Shown in pieces: positions 28,225 to 39,161 of a stretch of DNA of 64,000 nucleotides. A model generated the notes under the pieces. It was not told the DNA's origin and did not search any database. It was given only the letters and a program-made list of their open reading frames with translations. The stretch spans positions 1,536,001 through 1,600,000 of the forward strand of contig CBDCTK010000002.1 in the NCBI GenBank assembly GCA_965222225.1, written 5' to 3'. The position numbers and the translations under genes are program-made. Numbering within the stretch: position 1 is the stretch's first letter; every line of letters begins with the position of its first letter. Source of the DNA: Candidatus Poribacteria bacterium. Its GTDB lineage: Bacteria; Poribacteria; WGA-4E; JAJDTR01.

Positions 28225-31200
28225 ATGAACAGTCTCAGAGGAAGTACCGTTTGGTTTCTCTGTTGTGTAACGCTCGCCGCGGGACTCATGATCGCCGCTG
28301 ACGGCATCGTCCACGCGCAGTCGACCGAGTCGTTCACGCTGGATGGGACGATTAACGATTCCGATGGTGTGCCGGCGGCGGGGTTGTCTGTCGAAGCCTC
28401 CGGTTTCCCGGTCAAGACCGTAACGGACGGCAACGGGTACTATAGCCTTCCGTTTTTCTCGCTCTCGCGAGGCAAAATAAGCGTTAACGACACAATAATT
28501 ATTACGGTGGAAGACCGCGACGAAATCGTTTCGGTGAAGAACTACGTTGTCACCGCCGCTGATATCGCCGCCGTACCCCAGGGCGCAACCGTCCCCATTC
28601 AGTTGTCCAAGCTGCAGACGGAAGTCAGCACAACCGCCCTGCCCGCGGACGGCTCGTCAATTGCCATCATCAATGTGCTCATTCAGGTTGACGGCGAGAA
28701 CGTTGTCGGCGACACCTTGTCTATCACCGCCGACCAAGGCACCGTAGGCGGCGTGACCGACAACGGCGACGGCACCTATACTGCAACGTATACCGCGCCG
28801 GAACTCGTACTCGCCGACGACTCGACGGATACCATTACGATCACGTCGACGAACACGAGCGAAACCACCGCCACCGACGTAACCCTCACCCCCGTGCCCA
28901 CGCTGGTTAGCGTAGCCGCCGAGCCGAGTGTCTATACCGCCGGTTCGGGTGAGATGGGTAGCATTACCGTCTCCGTGTCGCGCGGCGGGAATCCCGTAAC
29001 GGATGCCGACATCTCCATTAGCCGCAGCCGCGCCGATGGCGGTAACGATACCGGGGCAGTCGGAGATCTAACGAACAACGGCGACGGCACCTATACCGCA
29101 ACCTACACCCCGTCCGAGATGGTCGGGCGAGTGAACCTCACCGCAAGCGACAGTGTCTCCGGCGCCGCCGGCTCGACTGCTGTCAACGTGAACGCCGGTC
29201 CCCCGGCAAACGTCGTCGTTACCGGCACGCCGACCACAGTCTCTAGCGACGGCTCCGGCGTCGTGACCGTCATGGTCACGGACGAGTCCGGGAATCCGGT
29301 TGGCGGGCAAATGCCTACTGGAAACGCCGATAAGGGTACCGTTGGTGATTTCACCGAATCCGATGAACCCGGCACCTACACCGCGCCGTATACCGCGCCG
29401 ACCGTCGAAGAAGACGGCACCGACTCTATCACTGTCGCCGTGGGCGATACCACCGGCGAGACCACCGTAGACCTCACGACCGAACCCGCGATGATGGTCG
29501 GACAACTCATCGTTATAGGTATGGTCAATAAAGCGGATGGCACCGGTTCCGTCCCCGGCGTTAATGTGGAAGTCTCCGTAAACGGTACCCCGATCGCTAC
29601 GACTACCACGGATGATAACGGCCAGTACAGCGTTACACACGTCGACGCGGGCAACAATGCCGCCAGTACCGGCGACATCGTCACAGTCGTCGTTACCGAT
29701 GGCGACGGCGTTGAACGCGGCGACGCAATGATGGTGCTCGCGAACGCCGATCTCGGCGGCGAACCCCTAGTCATTAATGTTGACACTGATATTGTCTCGA
29801 CGACTCCCGTGCTTGCCGTTACCGGCACCGTCTACCACGAAGGCGGCTCGCTTCCCGTCGGAGCCGGTTTGACCGTGAACGTCATGAATGCGGACACCGG
29901 AATTACTGTAAGCGGAACCACGGATGCGAACGGTGGCTACAGCGTCACCCTTGTCGGAACGGCGGGAAGCCTTGCCGGCGGAACCGGCGACACCCTAAAC
30001 GTCACCGTCATGCGGGACGGAGCGGAAATTGGTTCTGAGTCGAAGGAACTCTCCTCCGACGAGGTTGATGTCGCGCACGCTGTCGTTGATGTGAAAACAG
30101 GCTTGAAAGCCTCTACCCCCACGCTCGTTGTGACCGGAACCGTGTATCTCCTCGACAGCGAAATTGCCGCGGGTCCCGGCTTGACCGTAACCGTAACGAA
30201 TCCGGATACCGGGCTTGAAGTCTCGGGCACCACTGGCGACGATGGAACTTATAGCGTAACGCTCGTTAGCACGGAAGGCCCCGCCGCCGAAACCGGCGAC
30301 ACCGTCACCGTCACCGTGTCCGCCGATGGCGAAGACATGGGCTCCGACAGCCACACCCTTTCCGAATCGGAAATTGGCGCGGGCATCGTCATGGTGGACG
30401 TCGACAGCGGACTTCCCGCCGAATCTGCAATCTTCATTGTTACCGGTAGCGTGCTCCTTGAAGATGGAATGAGCCCCGCCCCCGGCGGACTCACTGTCAC
30501 CGTCGAGAACATGAACCGGCCCGGTACGACTTGGGAAACCGTCACCGAAGAGGGCGGCGGATACAACGTTTCTATGGTCAGCGCCGAGATGGCGGTCGCC
30601 GCCACGCACGACGAACTCGTTCTGCAGGTCACGGTTATGGCTGGCGGGGAACCCGTCGGCACAACCTCCCTTACCCTGACCACGGAAGAGGTTGTCGCGA
30701 CACACATTCCTGATGTGGATATCCGGACTACGCTCATTGCCGAACCCTCGAACCAAATCATTGTGCTCGGCACTGTCACCAATCCCGACGGTACACCCGC
30801 CGGCGAAGGCGTTGAAATCCGAATTACGCTCGGAATGAACCCGACGCGAACGTTGCAAACCGCGGCGGGCGGCGATTATAGCACCACCTATCTCGACCCC
30901 AATATGCCGGTCGTCAGCGTCGGTGACACGCTCATGGTCGCTGTGCTGGACCGCGTAACCGGTTCCGCCGCGAACGAAACCATGACTATCGCCTCTTACC
31001 ACGTCATCGCCGGCAGTGTCAGGTTTGACATGACTCTCATCCCCGATGACATCGCCCCGACCCCGGTCGCTGCCAGCAGCCAGAAGTTTGTGCAGAAGAC
31101 CGAAACTGTCGATTTTGACGGCAGTGGTTCCACGGATAATGTTGGGATCGATACTTATATGTGGGATTTCGGAGACGGCAATACCGCCGATACCATGAAC

Positions 31201-34200
31201 GCATCCCACCAATACGCCAACTCCGGTAAATACGTCGTAACCCTCACGGTAATGGACCTCGCCGGAAACGAAGCCTCGATGTCGATTGAGGTTTTTGTCG
31301 ACACCGTGCGCCTCGGAGGTTTGTCGCTCAACACGCTCCACGCGAGAGAGGTTATCGAGAAGATTGTGAGTTTGGCGATTGCACGCACCGATATCGGTCA
31401 AAGCATCGGCACGGAAGCCTTGATCCGGATGATGCGAAACGATCCCGCGGTTCAGGCGGCCGTTATCAAAGCCGTGAACACAATCCTGCCCCCGGGAATC
31501 CTGCCAGGTCAGTTGCTTGGTGCGGAGTTGCCGCTTATCTTCGAGGATTACGAAAACATTGACCTCGAGAACTTCGGCAATGCCGTCACGGCGCGCCCCG
31601 GAAGCGGAATGGGCATCCTCGAATCGAAGGATGGCGGGTTCGAGAGAATCGTAAACGGCAACAAGCTGGACCTTTACCTCGCCGCGCCGCGCGGAGACGT
31701 GGGCAGCGTCACCTTCAGGTTCGACGGAGCGGGGTTTGACCCCCTAAGCCAAGTCGGAACGCAAGATGCCAGAGAAGTCGTAGCCGGCATGACCATGCCC
31801 CATACCTTCCAGTTGGAAGAGGAGCAAGCCGCTCTGCTGCTGCCATCCTGGCACGGTCTCGGCGATAGCTCCGGTATATTCTCCGCCGTCAACCTGCGGT
31901 ACGCATCCGACGAACTGCCGCCGGAATTCGCGAATCTCATTTCTCGGGGTCGCCAAGTGCCAGTGAATCCCGCCGATTACGCCAGCGCACCCCTCAGCCC
32001 GATGGATATCAACGGCCAGGTCGTCTGGAGCGGCGAGGTCGGCATTGAATCCGGCAAAATTTACTACTACTACTACGAAATTGAACTCAGCACCCCGGTG
32101 CCGCTCGTACTCGGCGAAGGTGGCGCCACGATGCTGTCGCGCTATGTGGTTCCCGATCCGCGCAACCTTCAGATTGAAGACCGCGGCATGATCGACGCCA
32201 TCTTCACCATGCAGGTGCAGGACGCCATAGCGCCGTTCCTCAATCCGTTTCTCGAGGCAATTTTGGCAGGCCAGGATATCTCCACCGTAAACGTTGAGGA
32301 TATCCTCACGGGCGAAAATCTCGGGATGTTGCTCGGCGCGCTCACCGGCGCGAGCTATCCCATTTACATGGATATCATGACCTCCATGAATCCGCAGATG
32401 GTGTCGGTGTTTACCGTACCCATGTCAACCGAGGATCAATCCGTCTGGTACACCACAATCGACCTCTCGACCATTCAGGATGGAATGCACACCGTTGACG
32501 CCAACGCGTTCGATTCGGAGGGCGTCCAGATTGATAACCGTCCTGTCTTCGGCAAAGCCTTTATGCTGGATCGGACCGCGCCGGAGATCGATATTTCGGT
32601 CGATAACGGTCAAAACTCCGGCATGTACATGCGGGACGACGGTGTTCTAATCACTACCGGATTGATAACCCCCGACCCGAACCAGATGGCATCCCTGATG
32701 CTGAACGCCAGTACCATGGACAGCACAGAAGATTTGGGCGACTTCATGTTCCAGATTATCCGCTACGGCGGAGATCCCTCCGCCCAGATGGCGAACGCTT
32801 GGGTGCCGCTGCTCGACCCGACCATTGTGCCTATGCTTGACGGGCTTTCGCTGAACACATTTGACCAATTCATCGCTTCCGCGTTTAACGACTTGTTGAC
32901 GCTGAATGCTTTGGCAGGTCTACCCGCCGGCATGTTGCAGCCGTTCGAGATGATGATTCGGGGAATGAACAACGACCCCGCGCTCATCGTCGGCGAATAC
33001 GGTCTACGCGCCGTCGCGATGGATGATGTTGGTAACCTTTCGTCCTATACCGCGCCGATTCGCGTGAATATTGTGCCGCCGGATCGCGATCAGGCGCTTA
33101 TCGCGAATATCAACATTGGCGATTGCAACAAAGACGGCGACTTGGAAGATCCTTTCGAGAGTCAGGCACCCGGGGAGACCACAATCTTCGCCAATACCCG
33201 TAGCCTCACCTTGACTGTCGAAACTCCGAATCGCACGCCGCACCCGTTGACCGGCATTGTCGTCCAGTATAAAACCGCGCACGGCACTGGAGCGTGGAAG
33301 GATATAGCGACAATCGACGCCCCTGGCGATGTAGAATGGAATATCGCCGATGTCAATGCACTGATTGACGGCGGCGGCGATGACCCGCACATCTACGTGC
33401 GGGCCGTGGCGACCAACGCCCTCGCCATCTCCGATCCCGATCCGGCAGCCCCGACAGTCAAACTTGACGCCGGTGTCTGCCCCGTCCAGCCGGAGCATGT
33501 CGCTGTCAATATTGTACCCGCCGGAACGAACGATGAGACTGGCGGTTACTGCGGAATTATAACTGTTTACGGTTATACCGCCGCACGCACCATTCCCGAT
33601 CTCGCTTCCGTCCGGTTCGATTTGACGATGGCCGACGGCTCCTCCATCACAATCGGCGAAGCCACCGAATCCTGGGTATTCACCGAGCTACCGACCAACG
33701 ATCTGGTTATCGTCCTCGGAGACCTCTTGAACCTTATCCTTAATGAAGGAATGGGATCATCCGCGCCGGAAGCCACATACCGAAAATGGTCGATTACTTT
33801 CAACACGGCATCGCTCGTAGATTCGCTCGATGCGCCGTATGTCGTTAGCGCGACCATGATTGGCGCCGATGGCATGGAATACGTGCCCATCGCTGGCGGA
33901 ACCGATGACTTCCTCCTGCATAACGGGGATGTGGAAGTCGGTACTACCATTACTGCGGTAGCCGATGCATACGGTACGCTTGAGATGACCGACGGCGGCT
34001 ACGTCCAACTCGGCGGTATCACCGCCGGTGGGTATGATACGCCAGTCGCTATATTGACGGCTGATCCCGCCGCGCCGGATTGGAGAGTCGACGGGATCAG
34101 CCTCGTCGCCCACATGCGGAACGACGATGGATCCAAGGGCGGCGCTGTAGATGTCGGTGAGGTCACCGTTGAGGAAACCGTCAGTGTTGACATGGCGGAC

Positions 34201-37200
34201 ATGACCAAGGACAGCAGCAATAAGATTTACACAATCACTATTACCGACCTGAGCGTGCTCGGCGCCGGAGGCGACTATGTGCTCCAAGTTTTGGCGCACG
34301 ACTCCAAAGCCGCGCCGGATGTCGAAGCGGAAGATCCCGCGCTCGGCGTTGCCGCCAATGTCGATAACTTTACGCCTCCGCCGAACATTACCATTGACGG
34401 CAGGGGCGGGGGAATGGGCCTCGCCGACTTTATGGCGGCTCACCCCCTCGGATACCGCATCGCCATGTCGGACAACAATATGTTCCCGTTCTCGATGAAT
34501 GCGCCCGGCGTACTCATGGGTGATATCACGGTTCAGATTGATGGCGGAACGTTGGCTGACGATTTGGTGATGATTGACGGCGCGCGGCACGACTTTAGTA
34601 TCGTCGCCAGCACCTCGACCACCGGTGAGGGCGATCGCCCCGCCAGTGGTACTGTTACCAAGCGTAACGGCAGCGTCGCGTTTGATCTCGTGAATCTCGC
34701 TATTGACCGTATACCGCCGGTAATCAGCGTCCTGACGCCGACCGAAGATGCCGAGGTCAGTTCGCTCCCGACAATCCACGCCATTTACAACGATGGCGCG
34801 GGATACGGGATCGCCGTTCTCTCGGACGATGCGCTGGATGTCGCCGCGAATGTCGAGATCCTCGTCACACGCTTGAATCCGCCGAATGAAAGCGCGATTC
34901 CCGTCAATCAGGACGAGCTTGACGACGCTGATGCCGAGGTCGTCTACTCCCCCGACGATGCGCTTGTCGGCGGCGCCTATCGCACCGATGTCTCCGTCAC
35001 CGATAAGTGGGGCAACAGAAGCACCGCCGCCGGTGAGTTCACCGTGGTCGGCACGCTTCCGTCCGTCACAATCCTGTCGCCGATGGAAGGCAGCCTGTCG
35101 GAAGACGGTATGCCGCTTGTTAGCGCGGTGATAACCGGAACCGGAACGTTGGATGTCGTCTTTATGATTAACGGTGAGGCGATGGATGCCCAGATGGACG
35201 GTAAATATCTGAGGTATACGCCCGAATCGCCGCTAGCGGAAGGCGAACACTCCGTGTCTATTCAAGTCGGCGATGCCGACGGCAAAATGGCGGATGCCTC
35301 CGTAATCTTTACGGTCGACTATCCGGAACCTGATATGACACCGCCAGTCGTCACACAGGTCAGTCCGCAGGGAACCGTATGGGGAGCTAACGTGACACTG
35401 TCTGTAACGGCTGTCGACGACCAATCCGGAGTCGCAAGCGTATCTATCGCCCTTGACGGCGGGGATGCGGTCGAAGGCGCCAGCCGCGACGTGGAAGGCC
35501 TCACGCTCGGTCAGCACACCGCTACCGCTACCGTCACCAATGGCGACGGGTTCTCCGACGAATACAGTTGGACGTTCTCGATTGCACTTGATGTGGAAGC
35601 GCCAACCATCGCGACGACATCGCCGCTGGGTGTTGTGCGAACAACTACACCGACCGTAACCGTTGGAGCTACCGATCTATCCGGCATCGCCTCGATTGAA
35701 ATCGCTGTTACGAATAGCAACGGCGACGCGGTTGATGGCGATACGGCTATGGACGAGAGCGGAACCGCCGCATCGTTAGTCCCGGCAGGCGGCTTGGCGA
35801 ACGATACCTATTCTGTTGCCGCCGTAGTCACTGACAACGCGGGCAACGTCGCGAGCACCGGTTGGAGTTTCACCGTTGAACACAGCTACGACACCACGGG
35901 CCCGAGCATTGATGTTTACTCGCCGCAAGGCGTTGTTCGCATCGATATGCCGACAATCGGCGTAACTGCGTCTGATGTCAGTGGCACCGCAGAGCAGGGA
36001 CTGTCGGGCATAGCGAGTATAGCAATCTCCGTGGCAGCTAGCGACGGCACTGCGGTCGGCGGTACGTCCGAGTATGACGGCGCATCGTCTGCTAGGTTCA
36101 TCCCGAATGCCGGCTTGGCGAACGATACCTATACGGCTACTGCTGTTGTCACCGATAATAGTGGCAATGAGACGAGTGCCGCCTGGAACTTCACCGTGGA
36201 AGTTGTCATGGATGAAATGTCGCCAATCATCAACGCGACATCGCCGCAGGGCACCATCCGCACCAACAGGCCGCGGATAGATGTATCCGCCACGGACGAT
36301 ATGTCCGGCATTGCGTCTTTCGTCATTCGCGTCGTGCGCAGCGACTTCGTCCGAATAGATGGCAATCTAACCTACGAGGGTGGCACCAAGGCGTCCTTGA
36401 CCCCTGCCAACGCCCTGAGAAACGATACCTACTCCGTGGCTGTCGATGTCACCGATAAGGCAGGCAATGTGACGAACGTGAGCTGGAGTTTCACCGTTCA
36501 AGTTGATGCTACGCCTCCGGTGTTTGGCACCAACTCCCCCATGGGAATCGTCAGGGACGACATGCCGAGAGTCAGCGTGTCTGCGATTGATGATGAATCC
36601 GGTGTCGCGAGCATTGAGATTCGCGTGCTCAACAGCGCCTTCCAGAGAATCGGCGGTCCGCACACCTATGAGGGTGGTACCGCCGCTGCCTTTGTCCCGG
36701 AGCGAGCGCTGCCTAACGGTACCTATACGGTTGGCGCGACAGCCACCGATAAGGCGGGGAACAGTTCGGACGCGACGTGGACCTTCGCTATCGAAGCCGA
36801 CCACACGCCGCCGACCGTCAATTCCACGTCGCCGCAAGGCATCATTCGCGACGACACGCCGCGTGTCAGCGTCTCCGCAACGGACGACATCTCCGGTATC
36901 GCGAGCATTGAGATACGTGTCCTGAACAGCGCGTTCGTACGAATCGCAGGACCCACCACGTTTGAGGGCGGTACCGTCGGCTTCTTCAACCCGACGAGTC
37001 CGATGAGGAACGACACCTACACTGTTGGTGTGAAGGTGACCGACAAAGCCGGCAACACCACCGACGCCGATTGGGTCTTTACAATCGAAGTCGATGAGGT
37101 GCCTCCGACTATCGGCGACACGGCACCGCACGGCATAATTCGCACGGCGCAGCCTCGGGTAACCGTATCCGCGACCGACGACTTGTCCGGGATCAGGAGC

Positions 37201-37980
37201 TTCTCGATTCGTGTGGTTGACGCCGCGTTTAACCGCGTCGCGGGACCCACAACCTTCCAAGGTGGAACCTTCGCGAGTTGGTCGCCGTCCGCCGGCATGG
37301 CTAACGGCGTTTACTCCGTAGGCGCGGATGTGACCGACAAGAGCGGAAATGTCGCCAGCACGGGCTGGAGTTTCACCGTCGAAGTGGATACCGTTGAGCC
37401 GAGCATCGTGCATACCTCGCCAGCGGGCAGTGTGCGCCCGGAGAATCCAATCATCTCCGTCTCCGCCACGGACAATCTGTCGGGTATCGCGAGTATCGTA
37501 ATCTCGTTGAGAGACAGCAACCAGAGCGCTGTTCCAGGTCGGACGGTCTTTGAGGGTGGCACGATTGGAACCTTTGTCCCGTTAGGAGCGTTGGACTACG
37601 GAACGCACTATGTTGGCGTCAGAGTCTCGGATAAGGCGGGTAACGTTGCGAATGCGACGTATAGCTTTACCGTCGAATCAGCGGACGGTGTCGCCGTGCT
37701 GAATGCGAGAAACTTCCCGAACCCCTTCGCCGGTGCGACAAAAATTGCGTTCACGTTGACCCGAAGCTCCGAGGTCAGTATCGAAATCTTTGATATTTCG
37801 ATGCGTCCTGTTTGGAACATGAGTCGCAGGACGATCCAGGCGACAAAAGAGCACGTCATCGGATGGGACGGTACAACCACCGGCGGCGAAAAGTTGGCGC
37901 GAGGTGTATACTTCTGCCAGATTATGGTACACGATAGCCTCAACCCGCAATACGCCATCCTCAAGATGGCAATCAAGTAA
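28225..37980 (+). CDS. Giant secreted Ig-rich surface protein (invasin/Big_1-like, PKD, tandem Ig-like repeats, FlgD-Ig C-terminus)
   Basis: GGAGG RBS; signal peptide; DNGDGTYTATYT motifs; PKD FDGSGS.D...Y.WDFGDG; about seven ~97-aa SATDD.SGIASI...TDKAGN..W.FT repeats; NFPNPF...WDG...GE.LARGVYF. Confidence 0.88.
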   Translation: MNSLRGSTVWFLCCVTLAAGLMIAADGIVHAQSTESFTLDGTINDSDGVPAAGLSVEASGFPVKTVTDGNGYYSLPFFSLSRGKISVNDTIIITVEDRDEIVSVKNYVVTAADIAAVPQGATVPIQLSKLQTEVSTTALPADGSSIAIINVLIQVDGENVVGDTLSITADQGTVGGVTDNGDGTYTATYTAPELVLADDSTDTITITSTNTSETTATDVTLTPVPTLVSVAAEPSVYTAGSGEMGSITVSVSRGGNPVTDADISISRSRADGGNDTGAVGDLTNNGDGTYTATYTPSEMVGRVNLTASDSVSGAAGSTAVNVNAGPPANVVVTGTPTTVSSDGSGVVTVMVTDESGNPVGGQMPTGNADKGTVGDFTESDEPGTYTAPYTAPTVEEDGTDSITVAVGDTTGETTVDLTTEPAMMVGQLIVIGMVNKADGTGSVPGVNVEVSVNGTPIATTTTDDNGQYSVTHVDAGNNAASTGDIVTVVVTDGDGVERGDAMMVLANADLGGEPLVINVDTDIVSTTPVLAVTGTVYHEGGSLPVGAGLTVNVMNADTGITVSGTTDANGGYSVTLVGTAGSLAGGTGDTLNVTVMRDGAEIGSESKELSSDEVDVAHAVVDVKTGLKASTPTLVVTGTVYLLDSEIAAGPGLTVTVTNPDTGLEVSGTTGDDGTYSVTLVSTEGPAAETGDTVTVTVSADGEDMGSDSHTLSESEIGAGIVMVDVDSGLPAESAIFIVTGSVLLEDGMSPAPGGLTVTVENMNRPGTTWETVTEEGGGYNVSMVSAEMAVAATHDELVLQVTVMAGGEPVGTTSLTLTTEEVVATHIPDVDIRTTLIAEPSNQIIVLGTVTNPDGTPAGEGVEIRITLGMNPTRTLQTAAGGDYSTTYLDPNMPVVSVGDTLMVAVLDRVTGSAANETMTIASYHVIAGSVRFDMTLIPDDIAPTPVAASSQKFVQKTETVDFDGSGSTDNVGIDTYMWDFGDGNTADTMNASHQYANSGKYVVTLTVMDLAGNEASMSIEVFVDTVRLGGLSLNTLHAREVIEKIVSLAIARTDIGQSIGTEALIRMMRNDPAVQAAVIKAVNTILPPGILPGQLLGAELPLIFEDYENIDLENFGNAVTARPGSGMGILESKDGGFERIVNGNKLDLYLAAPRGDVGSVTFRFDGAGFDPLSQVGTQDAREVVAGMTMPHTFQLEEEQAALLLPSWHGLGDSSGIFSAVNLRYASDELPPEFANLISRGRQVPVNPADYASAPLSPMDINGQVVWSGEVGIESGKIYYYYYEIELSTPVPLVLGEGGATMLSRYVVPDPRNLQIEDRGMIDAIFTMQVQDAIAPFLNPFLEAILAGQDISTVNVEDILTGENLGMLLGALTGASYPIYMDIMTSMNPQMVSVFTVPMSTEDQSVWYTTIDLSTIQDGMHTVDANAFDSEGVQIDNRPVFGKAFMLDRTAPEIDISVDNGQNSGMYMRDDGVLITTGLITPDPNQMASLMLNASTMDSTEDLGDFMFQIIRYGGDPSAQMANAWVPLLDPTIVPMLDGLSLNTFDQFIASAFNDLLTLNALAGLPAGMLQPFEMMIRGMNNDPALIVGEYGLRAVAMDDVGNLSSYTAPIRVNIVPPDRDQALIANINIGDCNKDGDLEDPFESQAPGETTIFANTRSLTLTVETPNRTPHPLTGIVVQYKTAHGTGAWKDIATIDAPGDVEWNIADVNALIDGGGDDPHIYVRAVATNALAISDPDPAAPTVKLDAGVCPVQPEHVAVNIVPAGTNDETGGYCGIITVYGYTAARTIPDLASVRFDLTMADGSSITIGEATESWVFTELPTNDLVIVLGDLLNLILNEGMGSSAPEATYRKWSITFNTASLVDSLDAPYVVSATMIGADGMEYVPIAGGTDDFLLHNGDVEVGTTITAVADAYGTLEMTDGGYVQLGGITAGGYDTPVAILTADPAAPDWRVDGISLVAHMRNDDGSKGGAVDVGEVTVEETVSVDMADMTKDSSNKIYTITITDLSVLGAGGDYVLQVLAHDSKAAPDVEAEDPALGVAANVDNFTPPPNITIDGRGGGMGLADFMAAHPLGYRIAMSDNNMFPFSMNAPGVLMGDITVQIDGGTLADDLVMIDGARHDFSIVASTSTTGEGDRPASGTVTKRNGSVAFDLVNLAIDRIPPVISVLTPTEDAEVSSLPTIHAIYNDGAGYGIAVLSDDALDVAANVEILVTRLNPPNESAIPVNQDELDDADAEVVYSPDDALVGGAYRTDVSVTDKWGNRSTAAGEFTVVGTLPSVTILSPMEGSLSEDGMPLVSAVITGTGTLDVVFMINGEAMDAQMDGKYLRYTPESPLAEGEHSVSIQVGDADGKMADASVIFTVDYPEPDMTPPVVTQVSPQGTVWGANVTLSVTAVDDQSGVASVSIALDGGDAVEGASRDVEGLTLGQHTATATVTNGDGFSDEYSWTFSIALDVEAPTIATTSPLGVVRTTTPTVTVGATDLSGIASIEIAVTNSNGDAVDGDTAMDESGTAASLVPAGGLANDTYSVAAVVTDNAGNVASTGWSFTVEHSYDTTGPSIDVYSPQGVVRIDMPTIGVTASDVSGTAEQGLSGIASIAISVAASDGTAVGGTSEYDGASSARFIPNAGLANDTYTATAVVTDNSGNETSAAWNFTVEVVMDEMSPIINATSPQGTIRTNRPRIDVSATDDMSGIASFVIRVVRSDFVRIDGNLTYEGGTKASLTPANALRNDTYSVAVDVTDKAGNVTNVSWSFTVQVDATPPVFGTNSPMGIVRDDMPRVSVSAIDDESGVASIEIRVLNSAFQRIGGPHTYEGGTAAAFVPERALPNGTYTVGATATDKAGNSSDATWTFAIEADHTPPTVNSTSPQGIIRDDTPRVSVSATDDISGIASIEIRVLNSAFVRIAGPTTFEGGTVGFFNPTSPMRNDTYTVGVKVTDKAGNTTDADWVFTIEVDEVPPTIGDTAPHGIIRTAQPRVTVSATDDLSGIRSFSIRVVDAAFNRVAGPTTFQGGTFASWSPSAGMANGVYSVGADVTDKSGNVASTGWSFTVEVDTVEPSIVHTSPAGSVRPENPIISVSATDNLSGIASIVISLRDSNQSAVPGRTVFEGGTIGTFVPLGALDYGTHYVGVRVSDKAGNVANATYSFTVESADGVAVLNARNFPNPFAGATKIAFTLTRSSEVSIEIFDISMRPVWNMSRRTIQATKEHVIGWDGTTTGGEKLARGVYFCQIMVHDSLNPQYAILKMAIK

Positions 37981-37986
37981 TCACAA

Positions 37987-38029
37987 CGCTTAACCCCTGT
38001 CCCCCATGAGGGGGCGCAGGGGTTGAGCG
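37987..38029 (+). other. Strong intergenic hairpin without a T tract
   Basis: CGCTTAACCCCTG..CCCCC ATGA GGGGG..CAGGGGTTGAGCG. Confidence 0.55.
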
Positions 38030-38148
38030 CCGCATTAGTATTTACGCATTAACCTTTTCAATGCTGCACCAGGCCTAAATATCTTCTTTTCAATCTTGAC
38101 AACGTTAAACACGACGCGCACACAAATTACTCTACAAAGGAGAACAAC

Positions 38149-39117
38149 ATGATTCAGATGAAGCCGAAATTGATGCTGGGGTCATTCCTGGTTTTAATTG
38201 CGCTACTGGCTTTCGCTCCAATCTATTCTGCCAACGCCGTTGACGCTGCTCCATACCTGCGGCTGGGGGCGGGCGCCCAATCCATAGGTGTCGGCGGCGC
38301 GGTCACCGCAACGGTTGATGATGCCACCGCAACCGTCTGGAACCCCGCAGGTTTAGCTTCGGTGAAGAATACGACGTTTACCGTTTCCACGTTCAACATG
38401 GGGTACGACGCAAGACAGAGTTTCCTCGGTATCGCCAAAAACCTGGGCAACGGCTCGATAGGTTTCGCTGTCTCGGGTGTTACCGTCGATGGTATTGAAA
38501 ACCGTGACGGAAACGATATTAGACGTGGGACGTTCCGACAAAACTCAAACGCGATTTCACTCTCGTACGGACACATGTTCGACAATTTTAGCATCGGCTT
38601 TGGCGTCGGCGCTCTCACGGATGTGTATAGTTTCGATGCCGAGCGCATCAATGGATTTCGTGGCGCCGATATCGGATTCATCGGCCAACGCGTCCACACG
38701 ACCGACAGCGGAAAAGAAATTCCAATCTTCACCTACGGACTCGCCATCCGCAACCTCGGAAGTTCGTATAGCGGTTCGCACAGCGAAAGCGCCGTGCCCA
38801 TGCTTGTAGATGCGGGCGTATCATTTAAACTGCCGCGTAAGGGCGCAAAGGTCACCTTCTCGTTTGATGTCCAGCAGGAGTACGTGGAGCTGGACGAATC
38901 AACCACCAGCGCACGCATCGGCGCGGAATACAAGATTTCAAAACGATTTGCGATTCGCGGCGGGGCGCGAGGCACACAAGACCACCAGAGTTTGTTCGCG
39001 GGCTTCGGTGTCAATGTCGGTGCACTCCAAGTCGATTACGCACTCCAAGATGCGCCGGCAAGTCGGCTGAGCGACTCGGGCACGACGCATCATGTATCGA
39101 TGTCCTATAGTTACTAA
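38149..39117 (+). CDS. PorV/PorQ-family (UPF0164) outer-membrane beta-barrel
   Basis: YLRLGAGAQSIGVGGA.TA..DDATA..WNPAGL; GAEY....FAIRGG; GFG......VDYA; ends H.VSMSYSY. Confidence 0.85.
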   Translation: MIQMKPKLMLGSFLVLIALLAFAPIYSANAVDAAPYLRLGAGAQSIGVGGAVTATVDDATATVWNPAGLASVKNTTFTVSTFNMGYDARQSFLGIAKNLGNGSIGFAVSGVTVDGIENRDGNDIRRGTFRQNSNAISLSYGHMFDNFSIGFGVGALTDVYSFDAERINGFRGADIGFIGQRVHTTDSGKEIPIFTYGLAIRNLGSSYSGSHSESAVPMLVDAGVSFKLPRKGAKVTFSFDVQQEYVELDESTTSARIGAEYKISKRFAIRGGARGTQDHQSLFAGFGVNVGALQVDYALQDAPASRLSDSGTTHHVSMSYSY

Positions 39118-39161
39118 TACTAATGAACGGGCAATACTATAACAGTAAGGAGAACCACCTC

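Noticed and set aside
29995-37413. Long antisense ORFs (468, 340 and 348 aa) inside the giant gene
   Set aside because: Shadow ORFs expected from GC-rich biased codon usage opposite a real gene.
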